Shown piece by piece: positions 18,298 to 29,000 of a stretch of DNA of 64,000 nt. Positions within the stretch are counted from its first letter, which is position 1. Each line of letters starts with the position of its first letter. The notes below the pieces were generated by a model that was not told the DNA's origin, did no database searches, and saw only the letters and a list, made by a program, of their open reading frames with translations. The DNA lies in NCBI GenBank assembly GCA_965116875.1, contig OZ220733.1, positions 96,001-160,000 on the forward strand. Direction: 5' to 3'. Source of the stretch: Candidatus Latescibacterota bacterium (GTDB lineage: Bacteria > Latescibacterota > UBA2968 > GCA-2709665). Position numbers and translations under genes: made by a program.

Positions 18298-19101
18298 TTA
18301 CCCGGCAAACGACCGGGCGCCGCCGGGTCCGGATTGATCTTCGACTCGCCTGTAAACCCAGATTTCGCCTTCCGAACCGCTCTGCCTTGCAAGGGCTTGC
18401 CCGGTCTTTATCAGTTCGAGCAGGGCGATGAACGTGACGATGAGGACGATTCGCGGAAGACCCGCAACCAGATCCGAGAACTGAACCCGATGGCTCTCAT
18501 CCAGTATGTTCCGGACGACCTCCATCCGTTCCTCGGTCGTGACTTCCAGTTGATGAATCTCGTGGTAATCCGCTTTCGGCGCTGCTGAGAGTGCTGTCCG
18601 GAACGCCGCCATCAGGTCGAAAAGACTTGCGGAACCACCGGCTGCGAGCGGATCCTGTTCCTGCTCGGCGATTTCTCCGGTATCCAGCGCGGTGCCCCGA
18701 TAAAAACTGTCACGATGCGAATCCTGCTTGTCTTCGAGCCAATTGGCCACTTCCTTGAACTGCTGATATTCCAGCAGGCGCCGTACCAGCTCTTCTCTGG
18801 GGTCCTCTTCCTCTTCATCCGCATCGGGGTCCGCGGGCAGCAACATGCGTGACTTGATTTTCATCAGCGTGGCCGCCATCACCAGGAAGTCGCCGGCGTG
18901 TTCCAGATGAAGCGTCTCCATCATTTCGACGAACTCCAGAAACTGCCGCGTAACGTCGGCGATGGGGATATCGTAGATGTCGATCTCATCCCTGCGAATC
19001 AGAAAGAGCAGCAGATCCAGGGGCCCCTCGAAAACGTCGAGCTTCACCCCGCATGTGTCGTCTGCGGCGTTATCCTGAACTGCCAGCGCTTCCGCAACCA
19101 T
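18298..19101 (-). CDS. scpA: Segregation and condensation protein ScpA
   Basis: FEGPLDLLLFLI, FLVMAATLMKIKSRMLLP, DPREELVRRLLEY, TFIALLEL. Confidence 0.96.
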   Translation of the reverse strand: MVAEALAVQDNAADDTCGVKLDVFEGPLDLLLFLIRRDEIDIYDIPIADVTRQFLEFVEMMETLHLEHAGDFLVMAATLMKIKSRMLLPADPDADEEEEDPREELVRRLLEYQQFKEVANWLEDKQDSHRDSFYRGTALDTGEIAEQEQDPLAAGGSASLFDLMAAFRTALSAAPKADYHEIHQLEVTTEERMEVVRNILDESHRVQFSDLVAGLPRIVLIVTFIALLELIKTGQALARQSGSEGEIWVYRRVEDQSGPGGARSFAG

Positions 19102-19202
19102 TCGTTCGATCTCCCTTGACGTTCATCCGGTTCGCAGGCATGCCCGACGCGGGTCGGGGCGTGACGGAAGTCCCCTGAGGGTCCGGCTCCCGCTGCTGCA
19201 GT

Positions 19203-19712
19203 TCAATCCATGAAGAGATACGGCCGCCATTTACTGTCCGGTACGCCGATCAACTGGCTGATGGAAGTGACGGTGCTGGGCCTGCGGGGACGGCGGAGCA
19301 GATTGATTCCCGCCTGTTCCGGAGTTTGATTGCCCTTGAGATTATTGCAGGGCAGACAGGCACACACCAGATTCTCCCACGTATCCCGACCGTTTCCGGT
19401 TCGGGGGACGACGTGATCAACCGTCATCGGGCCCTTCCGGGTCCCGCAATACTGGCAGCGGTGTCCGTCCCGCTTCAGGACGTTTTTCTTGGAAAGTGCG
19501 AGCTGTCTGGGCGCAACGCGCACGTAGATGCCCAGGCGTACCACGCTGGGGACAGGAAACCGGTCTGAAACCGTGCGGACATACAGGTCCAGCGCCTCGA
19601 TGACCTCCGCACGGCCACGAAATACAAGTACGATGGCCCGGCGCGCACTACACACCTGGATGGGTTCGTAACTCTGGTTCAGGACCAGAACCGGCCGATT
19701 CAGCAATGGCAT
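19203..19712 (-). CDS. HNH endonuclease family protein
   Basis: VLVLNQSYEP, RDGHRCQYCG, TVDHVVP, WENLVCACLPCNNLKG. GAGGGG RBS before ATG 19712. Confidence 0.92.
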   Translation of the reverse strand: MPLLNRPVLVLNQSYEPIQVCSARRAIVLVFRGRAEVIEALDLYVRTVSDRFPVPSVVRLGIYVRVAPRQLALSKKNVLKRDGHRCQYCGTRKGPMTVDHVVPRTGNGRDTWENLVCACLPCNNLKGNQTPEQAGINLLRRPRRPSTVTSISQLIGVPDSKWRPYLFMD

Positions 19713-19796
19713 ACATCCCCTCTTGCAACAACCCCGGGGCGAAAAAGGTTTGAATGTCGTCAGACGTGGCGGGACACATCTCGTGTACACCGGTCG

Positions 19797-20183
19797 CTAG
19801 GCGTCTTCGACAAGCTCCGCGTACGCCTGTGGGCTGAGAAGCGATTCGAGTTCTTCGTCGTTCGTCATCCGAACCACGACCATCCAGCCCTCGCCGTACG
19901 GATCCGCGTTTATCTGAGACGCATCCTCGCCAAGTTCATCGTTAACCTCGAGAACGACGCCGGACACGGGCGCATAGAGGTCCTCCACCGTCTTCACCGC
20001 CTCGATCGTACCAAAGGGCTGACCCTGCTCGAACTCAGCACCCGGCTCCGGCAATTCGGCAAAGACGATGTCCCCCAGTTCGCCCTGCGCATAATCTGTG
20101 ATGCCTATCGTGCCCCGCTCGCCCTCCACACGAATCCACTCGTGCTCTGAAGTATAAAGAAGGCCGTCCGGAATATCCGACAT
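19797..20183 (-). CDS. gcvH: Glycine cleavage system H protein
   Basis: YTSEHEW, GITDYAQGELGD, IEAVKT (lipoyl Lys), NADPYGEGW. Confidence 0.97.
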   Translation of the reverse strand: MSDIPDGLLYTSEHEWIRVEGERGTIGITDYAQGELGDIVFAELPEPGAEFEQGQPFGTIEAVKTVEDLYAPVSGVVLEVNDELGEDASQINADPYGEGWMVVVRMTNDEELESLLSPQAYAELVEDA

Positions 20184-20277
20184 GATTGATGGCTCCACGA
20201 TGAAGGTGTTGTTTCCCGTTCCAGGCCGCAAGCCGTCCGATCAGTGGACGCCAGGCGCATCCCGGTTCCACCAGGGT

Positions 20278-21636
20278 TCAACCTCCGTATCCCAATCTGG
20301 CCACGAAGTCCGTGTCGATCCGACCCTCACGGAAGTCGGTATGCCGCATCGCGGCGATATGGAACGGAATGGTTGTGGGGATCCCCTCGATCACGAACTC
20401 CTCGAGCGCACGGACCATACGCGCGGTCGCTTCCTCCCGGGTGTCGCCAAACGCCAGCAACTTGGCAAGGAGCGAATCGTAATGGGAAGGGACGCGATAG
20501 CCGGCATACGCGTGAGAATCAATTCGAATACCCGGTCCGCCCGGTGCATGGAACGTGCTGATTTCTCCAGCGGAGGGACGGAAGTTGTGATCGGGATCTT
20601 CCGCGTTGATGCGGCATTCAATGGCGTGGCCCGTCGGCCGTACGTCTGCCTGGGCGAATGGAAGCGGCTTACCCGCGGCCACGCTGATCTGCGTCTTGAC
20701 CAGATCGATTCCGGTTACCATCTCGGTGACCGGGTGCTCGACCTGAATGCGGGTGTTCATTTCGAGGAAATAGAAGCTTCCGGACGCATCCAGCAGAAAC
20801 TCCACGGTCCCCGCGCCCGAATAGCCCACCGCGCGGGCGCCTGCAACGGCCTCTCGTCCCATCCGCCGGCGCAGGTCGTCGTCGACCACGGGCGAAGGCG
20901 ACTCCTCGATCAACTTCTGATGGCGTCTCTGGATGGAACATTCGCGCTCACCCAGGTGTACGACGTCTCCAGTCTCGTCGCCCATCACCTGGATTTCCAC
21001 GTGCCGCGGCGAAACGACTTCCTTTTCCAGATAGAGCGTTCCCGACGTGAACGCCGCAGACGCCTCCGCCTGCGCAGCATTCCACGCGCGCTCGAGGCCT
21101 TCCACCGAGTCGACGGTGCGCATGCCACGGCCGCCGCCGCCTGCAACGGCCTTCAGACGGATCGGGTAACCGATCTCCTCGGCGGCGAGCCGCGCCTCCT
21201 CAAGGCTGTTCAATACCCCGGTGCCCGGCGCTACAGGCACGTTTGCGGCCAGCATCGTTTCCCGCGCAACGGCTTTGTCGCCCATCCTTCGAATGGCATC
21301 CGGAGACGGTCCAATGAATACGATGCCGCAGGATGCGCACATTTCCGCGAAATCCGCGTTCTCGGCCAACGGCCCGTACCCCGGGTGGATCGCATCGGCG
21401 TTGGTGACTTCCGCGGCGCTCAGAATGCGAGGAATATTCCGATAGCTCTGGTCCCCCGGAGGCGGTCCGATGCAGACGTCCTCGTCGGCAACGCCAATAT
21501 GCAGCGAATTGCCATCGGCTTCGGAGTGGATGGCAATCGTCCGGATGCCGAGTTCCTTGCATGCCCGGATCACTCGCACGGCGATTTCGCCCCGGTCCGC
21601 AACAAGGATCTTATCGAATAAGGGAGTGGATGACAC
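20278..21636 (-). CDS. accC: Acetyl-CoA carboxylase, biotin carboxylase subunit
   Basis: [46 protein letters not shown]. Confidence 0.96.
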   Translation of the reverse strand: MSSTPLFDKILVADRGEIAVRVIRACKELGIRTIAIHSEADGNSLHIGVADEDVCIGPPPGDQSYRNIPRILSAAEVTNADAIHPGYGPLAENADFAEMCASCGIVFIGPSPDAIRRMGDKAVARETMLAANVPVAPGTGVLNSLEEARLAAEEIGYPIRLKAVAGGGGRGMRTVDSVEGLERAWNAAQAEASAAFTSGTLYLEKEVVSPRHVEIQVMGDETGDVVHLGERECSIQRRHQKLIEESPSPVVDDDLRRRMGREAVAGARAVGYSGAGTVEFLLDASGSFYFLEMNTRIQVEHPVTEMVTGIDLVKTQISVAAGKPLPFAQADVRPTGHAIECRINAEDPDHNFRPSAGEISTFHAPGGPGIRIDSHAYAGYRVPSHYDSLLAKLLAFGDTREEATARMVRALEEFVIEGIPTTIPFHIAAMRHTDFREGRIDTDFVARLGYGG

Positions 21637-21689
21637 GGCAGATCTGGTGGGACGGCGGTTTGGGCCGCCGCATCGTTGAAAGAAGCGCT

Positions 21690-22157
21690 TTACAGCGGTT
21701 CGATGAGGAAAAGAGGCGTATTGTATTCGACAGGATTGCCATTCTCGACCAGGACACGAACCACCCGGCCCTTGGCATCCGCTTCAATTTCGTTCATGAT
21801 TTTCATGGCTTCGATGATGCACAGAGTCTGACCGACGGACACGACGTCGCCTTCCTCCACGAACGGCGGCGAGTCCGGGTTCGGCGCACGATAGAACATG
21901 CCCACCATGGGAGAACTGATTTTGTGCAGCCCCTCCGTATCGTCCGGTTCCGGGGCAGCCGACGTATCGTCGGCACCGGCCGGCTGCGACGCGACCTGGG
22001 CAACCGGCTGGACCGCAGTTGCATCGATTCCCGCGGCGACGCGTATTTTTCTGAGTCCCAGTAAACCACGCTCAATTTCAATCTCCCGGACCCGGTCTTC
22101 GCCAACCAGTTCGATCAGTTGCTGCAGGGTCTCCATCAAGACCTTGGAGAGTTTCAC
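21690..22157 (-). CDS. accB: Biotin carboxyl carrier protein
   Basis: [17 protein letters not shown] biotinylation motif. Adjacent to accC. Confidence 0.96.
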   Translation of the reverse strand: MKLSKVLMETLQQLIELVGEDRVREIEIERGLLGLRKIRVAAGIDATAVQPVAQVASQPAGADDTSAAPEPDDTEGLHKISSPMVGMFYRAPNPDSPPFVEEGDVVSVGQTLCIIEAMKIMNEIEADAKGRVVRVLVENGNPVEYNTPLFLIEPL

Positions 22158-22237
22158 ACGCGCTCCTTCGAAAAAACGACAGCCGGAAATCGGGTTACGG
22201 CTCGCGTTGGCCGCGATGCTACCGTGACGACTTCCGA

Positions 22238-22795
22238 TCAGATTCGTTCGACGTATGACTCCGATCGGGTATCGATCTTCAAGACGTCGCCCCTTTCAAC
22301 GAACAGGGGCACCTGGACCGAAGCTCCCGTTTCCAGCAGGGCCGGCTTGCTGCCGCCGCTGGCGGTATCTCCCCGCAGCCCGGGATCGGTTTCCGTGACT
22401 TCCAGTTCAACGAATATTGGCAACGCAACGCTCACGGCATTTTGCTCCGCGACCAGTATCTCCAGAATTTCGTTCTCTTTCAGATATTTAACCGCGTTGC
22501 CCATCACCTCCGGAGACAGCTCGAACTGATCGTACGTTTCACTATCCATAAAACAGTACAGATCGCCCGACCTGTAGAGATATTGCATTTTGCGCCGTTC
22601 CAGCCGGACGTCGTCAACCTTGTCTCCGGAACGAAATGTCCGGTCAATCATTGCCCCCGTTTTCACACCCTTGAGGCGGGTACGAACAACGGCAGCTCCC
22701 TTGCCCGGTTTGAAGTGCTCGAATTCGACCATAAAATAAAGATCGCCGTCCAGACGCAGGACCATTCCATTTCTGAATTCGGACGTTGAAACCAT
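22238..22795 (-). CDS. efp: Elongation factor P
   Basis: KPGKG loop, TFRSG, PGLRGDT, VPLFV. Confidence 0.98.
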   Translation of the reverse strand: MVSTSEFRNGMVLRLDGDLYFMVEFEHFKPGKGAAVVRTRLKGVKTGAMIDRTFRSGDKVDDVRLERRKMQYLYRSGDLYCFMDSETYDQFELSPEVMGNAVKYLKENEILEILVAEQNAVSVALPIFVELEVTETDPGLRGDTASGGSKPALLETGASVQVPLFVERGDVLKIDTRSESYVERI

Positions 22796-22804
22796 AGTTC
22801 GACA

Positions 22805-23560
22805 TTATCCTCCAGTGCACGCGTCATCCATCTTCCGAAGTTCCTTCAACCTTTTTCTGATGCGTTTATTGTCCGGTTCCTGCTCGCAAACCTGCGCCAG
22901 TACGGTCACCGCCTCCTCAAACAGCCCCTGAACCGCGTACAGCTCGGCCAGAGTGGAGGTGGCGATTGGCGCGGTCTCGGCGTCTGAATCTGCAGATCGA
23001 TCGTCTTCATGGCCCCGATGTTCCTGAAGGTCCCGTAACAATAAGGAGTAATCTTCGGGTCCCGCCGGCGTCCTGCCACCCTCCGCGGTCAAATCCGGCG
23101 CCGGACGCTCCGTCTCGTCTCCGGCCCGGGATTCCGAGGCCGTTTCGCCTTCCGCCAGAACTTCAGCGTCCAGTTCGGCAGCCAGCAACCGGCTCAGTGG
23201 ATCGACAGTCCGGGCGTACCTGAAGTAATGCAACGCCCGGTCCTCGAAACCCGTCTCTCGTTCGATCTTGCCGAGCAGCCAGAAGGCGGAAGGATTGTCA
23301 GGATCCAGCGCGAGCGTACGTTGAAACTCCCGGCGGGCGTCTTCCAACCGTCCGGCCGCCATGTGGCATCTGCCCATGACGAGATGGCCGGTGGGGTAAA
23401 GCGGGCGATACCTCAGGCCCTTGCGACAGATCTCTGCGGCGCGGTCCACGTTGCCAAGTCGCAGCAACTCGTCGGCGAGGCGCGCAAACAGGATCGACGC
23501 CGGATTCCTGCCGCATACGTTTTCAAGCTTTGCAAGGGTTGTGGCCGTCGCTGGGCACAT
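22805..23560 (-). CDS. Tetratricopeptide repeat protein
   Basis: FARLAD...GHLVMGRC...LALDPDN TPRs, acidic linker, C-terminal TSTLAELYAVQG. Confidence 0.85.
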   Translation of the reverse strand: MCPATATTLAKLENVCGRNPASILFARLADELLRLGNVDRAAEICRKGLRYRPLYPTGHLVMGRCHMAAGRLEDARREFQRTLALDPDNPSAFWLLGKIERETGFEDRALHYFRYARTVDPLSRLLAAELDAEVLAEGETASESRAGDETERPAPDLTAEGGRTPAGPEDYSLLLRDLQEHRGHEDDRSADSDAETAPIATSTLAELYAVQGLFEEAVTVLAQVCEQEPDNKRIRKRLKELRKMDDACTGG

Positions 23561-23707
23561 TCAGGTGCTGCCTCGTTACGGCACTGAAATTGACCGGCCC
23601 GGTTTTTGATTCTGGCTGACGGACGGGTGCTGACAGCTGTTTTTGCCGCTTCGGATCGGCCGAAATCCGGCAATTCACCACCGGCGCGGTATACCACACC
23701 GGAGGGA

Positions 23708-23736
23708 AGTATAGGAAAAAGCCCAATGCTTGTCAA
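23708..23736 (-). promoter_or_regulatory. Sigma70 promoter for the TPR-efp-accBC-gcvH gene run
   Basis: Minus strand TTGACA - 17 nt - TATACT. Confidence 0.75.
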
Positions 23737-23900
23737 GGCCGCCCCGGCGCGCCCGCCCGCGGCGTTCCATACGGCGCGGAAAGTTGGGATTCGGCATGCC
23801 GGGAAGCGGGGGCGCGGGCGCCGAACGGGCACGGGAAATCCAGCAGCGTTCCCCTTTGGTTTCCAGCCCCGGCCGGGGCCGTATTTTTCCGGGATTTGCC

Positions 23901-23929
23901 TTGTGCGGTTTTGGGTGATGTGCTATATT
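23901..23929 (+). promoter_or_regulatory. Possible sigma70 promoter for the chromate transporter-bioB-mnmG run
   Basis: TTGTGC - 17 nt - TATATT with TGn extension. Confidence 0.5.
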
Positions 23930-24088
23930 CAAAGCCGTTTCGCAGTCCGTTGACAGAGTCGCTTTGCAGGCGTGGCCGAGCAACGCGGGTTTTCGACCGC
24001 ATGGGCCGGACGCATCCCGGTTGGGCTCTCTCATCGGGCCGTCAGGGCTCTGTTTCGCACCTGTCCCGTCCGCTCGCGGAGGCGGTAT

Positions 24089-24610
24089 ATGGAACTCGTC
24101 AAATTGTTCGTTTCGTTCACAAAGGTCGGTTTTTTCGCGTATGGCGGCGGACCCTCCATGATTCCGCTGGTCCAGGAGGAAGTCGTCGACGTACATGGCT
24201 GGATGTCCATTGAAGAGTTTGCCGACGCTCTCGCCATGGGCTATGCCCTTCCGGGTCCTATCGCTACGAAAATGGCCGCCTACATCGGTTACCAGGTCGC
24301 ACAGACCCCGGGCCTGATCGTCGCTCTTCTGGGTACGGTCTTTCCGTCTCTCATCCTGATGATGGTCCTGGGGCTGTTCTTCATGGCGTATAAGGGTGCG
24401 CCGGCAGTCCAGGCAATGCTGAAGGCGGTCCGGCCGGCGGTTGTGGGACTGCTACTCGTTGTGGTCTGGCAGATGGCGCCCAAGTCGGTGAATTCATGGC
24501 ACACGGGCCTGATCGCCCTGGCCGCGTTCGTCGCGATCCATTTCCTGAACCTTCATCCGGCCGTCGCGATCGTCGGCACGGCAGTTCTCGGTCTGGCTGT
24601 CTACCGTTAG
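24089..24610 (+). CDS. Short-chain (monodomain) chromate ion transporter (CHR) family protein
   Basis: FTKVGFFAYGGG, LPGPIAT, IGYQVA, LKAVRPAVVGL. GGAGG RBS. Confidence 0.9.
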   Translation: MELVKLFVSFTKVGFFAYGGGPSMIPLVQEEVVDVHGWMSIEEFADALAMGYALPGPIATKMAAYIGYQVAQTPGLIVALLGTVFPSLILMMVLGLFFMAYKGAPAVQAMLKAVRPAVVGLLLVVVWQMAPKSVNSWHTGLIALAAFVAIHFLNLHPAVAIVGTAVLGLAVYR

Positions 24611-24652
24611 TACGACGTTACCGACATCACTCTCGCGGGAGCTCAACCTCGT

Positions 24653-25681
24653 ATGAAGGACTACTCGATACTCGAACGCAAGGCGCTGCGGAACAAACCC
24701 CTGGCCAATGAGGAAATGTTGTCGGTACTCGATACGCCGGACGAAGACCTGCTCCTCCTGATCCACGCGGCATATCGGGTTCGACACCGCTTCTTTGGAA
24801 ACCGCGTGCGCCTGCACGTCCTGCAGAACGCCAAGAGCGGACTGTGTCCGGAGGACTGCGCCTACTGTTCACAATCGGCCGTTTCGACCGCGGACATCGA
24901 TAAATACCCTCTGTTGCCGCGCGAGCAGATTCTCGACGGCGCCAGAAAGGCAAAGGCGGGAGATGCTCTGCGTTATTGTATCGTCACCAGTGGAAGAGGC
25001 CCCACCGCAAGAGAGGTGGACGCCGTTGCCGACGTCGTGCGCGAAGTCAAGCAGACCGTTGATATCGACATCTGCTGTTGCATGGGGCTTTTGGACGAAG
25101 CGCAGGCCAGAACGTTGAAAGAGGCCGGCGTGGACCGGATCAATCACAATCTCAATACCAGCGCCAGGCATCATGGCAGCATCGTTAGCACGCACACCTA
25201 CACGGACCGGCTGAATACCCTGAAAGCTGTCAAGGCGGCCGGCCTCGAGACCTGTTGCGGAGGAATCATCGGGATGGGAGAGTCCAGGCAGGATATCGTC
25301 GACCTGGCGGTGGCCGTCCGTGAACTCGACATCGATTCGATCCCGGTCAACTTCCTGCATCCCATCGACGGCACGCCCCTGGCCGGATGCAAACCGCTGT
25401 CGCCCAGAGAAGGCCTCAGGGTTCTGTGCCTGTTCCGCTTCGTAAACCCGGACAGGGAACTCCGTATCGCGGGAGGAAGGGAACTCACGCTGGGTTCCCT
25501 TCAGGCCCTCGCCCTCTATCCGGCGAACTCCGTCTTTATGGAAGGTTATCTTACCACCGGAGGACAGTCCACTTCGGAGACCCATCGACTCATTGAGGAC
25601 CTGGGATTCGAAGTCGAGGCGCATTTGAAGTCTGACGACGGATCGAGTGTGCCGGCATGCGCGGGGAATGCAGTCGCGTAA
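24653..25681 (+). CDS. bioB: Biotin synthase
   Basis: NAKSGLCPEDCAYCSQS, NHNLNT, CCGGIIGMGES, SIPVNFL, RIAGGRE, ANSVF..YLTT. Confidence 0.96.
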   Translation: MKDYSILERKALRNKPLANEEMLSVLDTPDEDLLLLIHAAYRVRHRFFGNRVRLHVLQNAKSGLCPEDCAYCSQSAVSTADIDKYPLLPREQILDGARKAKAGDALRYCIVTSGRGPTAREVDAVADVVREVKQTVDIDICCCMGLLDEAQARTLKEAGVDRINHNLNTSARHHGSIVSTHTYTDRLNTLKAVKAAGLETCCGGIIGMGESRQDIVDLAVAVRELDIDSIPVNFLHPIDGTPLAGCKPLSPREGLRVLCLFRFVNPDRELRIAGGRELTLGSLQALALYPANSVFMEGYLTTGGQSTSETHRLIEDLGFEVEAHLKSDDGSSVPACAGNAVA

Positions 25682-25697
25682 CGCCTTTCATACACCT

Positions 25698-27569
25698 ATG
25701 TGGACCTACGACAAACACTACGATATCATCGTTGTCGGCGGGGGGCACGCCGGTGCCGAGGCCGCCCTGGCAGGCGCGCGCATGGGGCGCCGCACTCTGC
25801 TGCTGACGATGAATCTGGACACGGTCGCCCAGATGTCGTGCAATCCGGCGGTCGGAGGGATCGCAAAGGGCCACATGGTGCGCGAAATCGATGCCCTGGG
25901 CGGGGAGATGGCGCAGAACATCGACGCGACGGGGCTGCAATTCCGCCTGCTGAACCGGAGCAAGGGTCCGGCGGTGCAGGCCCCCCGGGCGCAGGCCGAC
26001 AAGAAAGCATATCAGTTTCGGATGAAATCCGTCGTGGAGCGTCAGCCGAACCTGGATCTCAAACAGGGTCTGATCGAAGACCTGTTGGTCGACGAGGGAC
26101 GGATCAGGGGCATCCTTACGAAATCCGGCACGATCTTTCGGGGCCGGACCGTTATCCTGACGACCGGCACCTTTCTGAGGGGCCTCATCCACGTGGGCGA
26201 CCGCTCGTACCGCGCCGGGCGCGCAGGCGAGGGTTCCGCGGAACGGGCATCCGGCGGCCTTCGACGGTTGGGGTTCGACCTGGGAAGGCTGAAAACAGGC
26301 ACGCCGCCGCGGGTCAATTCACGCAGCGTGAATTACAGCGTGATGGATATCCAGCCCGGTGACGAGCAACCATGCCCCTTTTCGTTCCGCACCGGGGCCA
26401 TCACACGCGAACAGCTTGACTGCCACATCACCTGCACCACGCCTGAAACCCACGAAATCATCAGACGGAATCTGGATCGTTCGGCGATGTACAGCGGCCG
26501 CATCCAATCGGTGGGTCCGCGTTACTGTCCTTCGATCGAAGACAAGGTCGTCAGGTTCGCGGACAGGCAGAAGCACCAGCTCTTCATCGAGCCGGAAGGC
26601 TACGACACCCTGGAAGTCTACCTGAATGGGCTGTCGATGAGCCTGCCCGAAGACGTTCAGGTTGAGGTTGTGCGCAGCGTGACCGGCCTCGAAAACGCGG
26701 AAATCATGCGGCCGGGTTACGCCGTTGAATACGACTATGTTCCTCCGAACCAGATCCTTCCCACCCTTGAAACCAAACCCGTCCGCGGGCTGTTCTTCGC
26801 GGGGCAGATCAACGGCACCACGGGATATGAAGAAGCGGCCGGCCAGGGCCTGATGGCGGGCATCAACGCCGCATTGCAGGTCCGGAACGAGGACCCGCTC
26901 ATTCTGGACCGCGCTCAGGCCTATATAGGCGTGCTGATTGACGATCTTACCACCAAGGGTACCGATGAGCCGTACCGAATGTTCACCGCTTCGGCGGAAT
27001 ACCGTCTGTTGTTGCGGCACGACAACGCCGACCTGCGCCTGACCGAAACGGGACGCAGGATCGGGCTGATATCAGACAGCGCGTACGAATCCTTCAAGCG
27101 CCGGGCGGCAGCAATCAACGCAGAGCGTCGCCGTCTTAAAGAGGTGAAAATCAGGCCTTCAAGCCGGGTACAGCAGTACCTCCATAAAGCGGGAACTGCC
27201 CCGCTCGCTCAGCCCGTCCCTCTGATCGATCTGTTGCGCCGACCGCAGATCGACTACCGGTTTGTCCGGGAAGTGGCGCCACCTCCCGAGCCACTTCCTC
27301 ACGATGTCTGCCAGTCGGTTGAGGTCGAACTCAAATACGAAGGCTACATTCAGCGCCAGAAGTCGCAGGTGGCCAGGTTTCAGGATCTGGAGCGAAAACA
27401 TCTCCCGGAAGACATCAATTACCATAACCTTCCCGCCATCTCCCGCGAGGCCGCCGAAAAGCTCTCCCGTATACGCCCTCGCTCGCTGGGTCAGGCATCC
27501 CGGATCCCGGGTGTTTCACCCGCGGACGTCTCTGCCCTGATGGTCATCCTTGCCCGGGGCGCGGCATGA
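25698..27569 (+). CDS. mnmG: tRNA uridine-5-carboxymethylaminomethyl modification enzyme MnmG/GidA
   Basis: VVGGGHAGAEAA, MSCNPAVGG, LKTGTPPR, GPRYCPSIEDK, AGQINGTTGYEEAA. Confidence 0.98.
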   Translation: MWTYDKHYDIIVVGGGHAGAEAALAGARMGRRTLLLTMNLDTVAQMSCNPAVGGIAKGHMVREIDALGGEMAQNIDATGLQFRLLNRSKGPAVQAPRAQADKKAYQFRMKSVVERQPNLDLKQGLIEDLLVDEGRIRGILTKSGTIFRGRTVILTTGTFLRGLIHVGDRSYRAGRAGEGSAERASGGLRRLGFDLGRLKTGTPPRVNSRSVNYSVMDIQPGDEQPCPFSFRTGAITREQLDCHITCTTPETHEIIRRNLDRSAMYSGRIQSVGPRYCPSIEDKVVRFADRQKHQLFIEPEGYDTLEVYLNGLSMSLPEDVQVEVVRSVTGLENAEIMRPGYAVEYDYVPPNQILPTLETKPVRGLFFAGQINGTTGYEEAAGQGLMAGINAALQVRNEDPLILDRAQAYIGVLIDDLTTKGTDEPYRMFTASAEYRLLLRHDNADLRLTETGRRIGLISDSAYESFKRRAAAINAERRRLKEVKIRPSSRVQQYLHKAGTAPLAQPVPLIDLLRRPQIDYRFVREVAPPPEPLPHDVCQSVEVELKYEGYIQRQKSQVARFQDLERKHLPEDINYHNLPAISREAAEKLSRIRPRSLGQASRIPGVSPADVSALMVILARGAA

Positions 27570-28426
27570 GTCCGGACAGGACACGGGTCCGGGCGATTCT
27601 TTCTCTGCTGGCCGACCCCGACGCCGAAATCGTGGACGTCGTGCGGCGCAAGCTGTTCGCGATGGGTGAGCAGGCCGTACGCGAGGTTCTGGATGCCGCG
27701 CCCGGTGGCTCGCGGGCACAGCGGGAGGCCGGCCTGATTCTGCTGTGCCACAAGGAACCGCCTCTGGAATCTCAGTTTCGGAATCTCCACGAAGGTGCCA
27801 ACGGCGACATCGACCTGGAAACAGCGTCGTTTACCCTGGCCAGGCTCGAATATCCCGCCCTCGACATTCAGCGATACAGAAGCCGGCTCAACAAGATGGC
27901 GGAGGAACTGGCGCCCTCGATCGCACCTGACGACCATCCGCTCAGAGTCATCCAGACCCTGAACCACTACATTTTTGAATCACAGGGATTCAGGGGGCGC
28001 AGAAACGAATCCGCTGGCCCGGACGCCAGTTACATGAACCGGGTCCTGGATCGCAAGACGGGTCTTCCCATCTCGATATCGGCGCTCTACATTTTTCTGG
28101 CGCGCCGGCTCGAACTTCCCATTTTCGGCGTGGGGATGCCCGTACACTTTATCGTAAAGTACAAATCAACGGACGGCATGGAGTTCCTGTTCGACCCCTA
28201 CAACAAGGGCCAACTCCTGACGGCGAATGAATGCGCGGAAATCCTCTCCCGGTTCGACGTGGCTTTCGAGCCATCCATGCTGCGCCAGGCAACCGACCGG
28301 GAGATGCTCATCCGCATGATGTTCAACCTCTGTGCCGCCTACAGGCACCAAAAGGACGCAGGCAAGGTTGACGCGCTCGAACGGCTGGTTCGCATCCTTC
28401 TCAAGCGTCACCCGCTGCAGGAGTAA
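27566..28426 (+). CDS. SirB1/transglutaminase-like domain protein
   Basis: LNHYIFESQGFRG, VLDRKTGLPISIS, GVGMPVHF, FDPY. Confidence 0.85.
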   Translation: MSPDRTRVRAILSLLADPDAEIVDVVRRKLFAMGEQAVREVLDAAPGGSRAQREAGLILLCHKEPPLESQFRNLHEGANGDIDLETASFTLARLEYPALDIQRYRSRLNKMAEELAPSIAPDDHPLRVIQTLNHYIFESQGFRGRRNESAGPDASYMNRVLDRKTGLPISISALYIFLARRLELPIFGVGMPVHFIVKYKSTDGMEFLFDPYNKGQLLTANECAEILSRFDVAFEPSMLRQATDREMLIRMMFNLCAAYRHQKDAGKVDALERLVRILLKRHPLQE

Positions 28427-28526
28427 CCGATTCGCTCAACCCGGAATGCGTTGGCCGGAGACAGGGTGACGGGCTTCACACCATGTCCGTTTCCGTGGAA
28501 CAAGGACCTGCCGCTCTACTGATCCC

Positions 28527-29000
28527 ATGCCCGAAAACATAAAGATCGTCGTGCAGAACCGTAAAGCCAGGCGGGACTTTTTTCTTGTCGACACCTATGA
28601 GGCCGGCGTCGAACTCAAGGGCACGGAAGTGAAGTCACTGCGCCTGGGCAACGCCAGTATGGCGGACAGCTATGCCCGAGTGGAAGACAATCAGGTCTTC
28701 CTGCACAACCTTCACATTGGCGAATACACCGAGGCCAACCGCTTCAATCACGATCCGGTGCGCAAACGCCGGCTCTTGCTGCACAGGCACGAAATCGACC
28801 GGCTCAGGGTCCGTACCGAAGAAAGGGGACTGACGCTAGTCGCCCTGAAGCTTTACTTCAAACGCGGCAGGGCCAAGGTCGAACTTGCCCTTGCCAGGGG
28901 CAAGCGCGAATACGACCGGCGCCGGGAGATTGCCAAACGCGACGCACATCGTGAAATGCGGCGGGAACTCAAGGTCCGGGAAACGAGATCTCGAAACTGA
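28527..29000 (+). CDS. smpB: SsrA-binding protein
   Basis: NRKAR, EAGVELKGTEVKSLR, RRLLLHRHEI, ARGKREYDRR. Confidence 0.98.
   Translation: MPENIKIVVQNRKARRDFFLVDTYEAGVELKGTEVKSLRLGNASMADSYARVEDNQVFLHNLHIGEYTEANRFNHDPVRKRRLLLHRHEIDRLRVRTEERGLTLVALKLYFKRGRAKVELALARGKREYDRRREIAKRDAHREMRRELKVRETRSRN

Noticed and set aside
20182-21621. Long opposite-strand ORFs (also 8799-10064, 32759-34330, 34369-35925, 43268-44869, 44909-46321 and many over the WD40 genes)
   Set aside because: Antisense shadows expected in GC-rich coding DNA, with no recognisable motifs.
23930-24088. Riboswitch in the ~150-nt leader of the CHR transporter
   Set aside because: No riboswitch consensus recognised by eye. An Infernal/Rfam scan would be needed.
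28427-29000. tmRNA or tRNA near smpB
   Set aside because: No tRNA-like ends (GGGG...TTCGA...CCA) found in the adjacent intergenic DNA.
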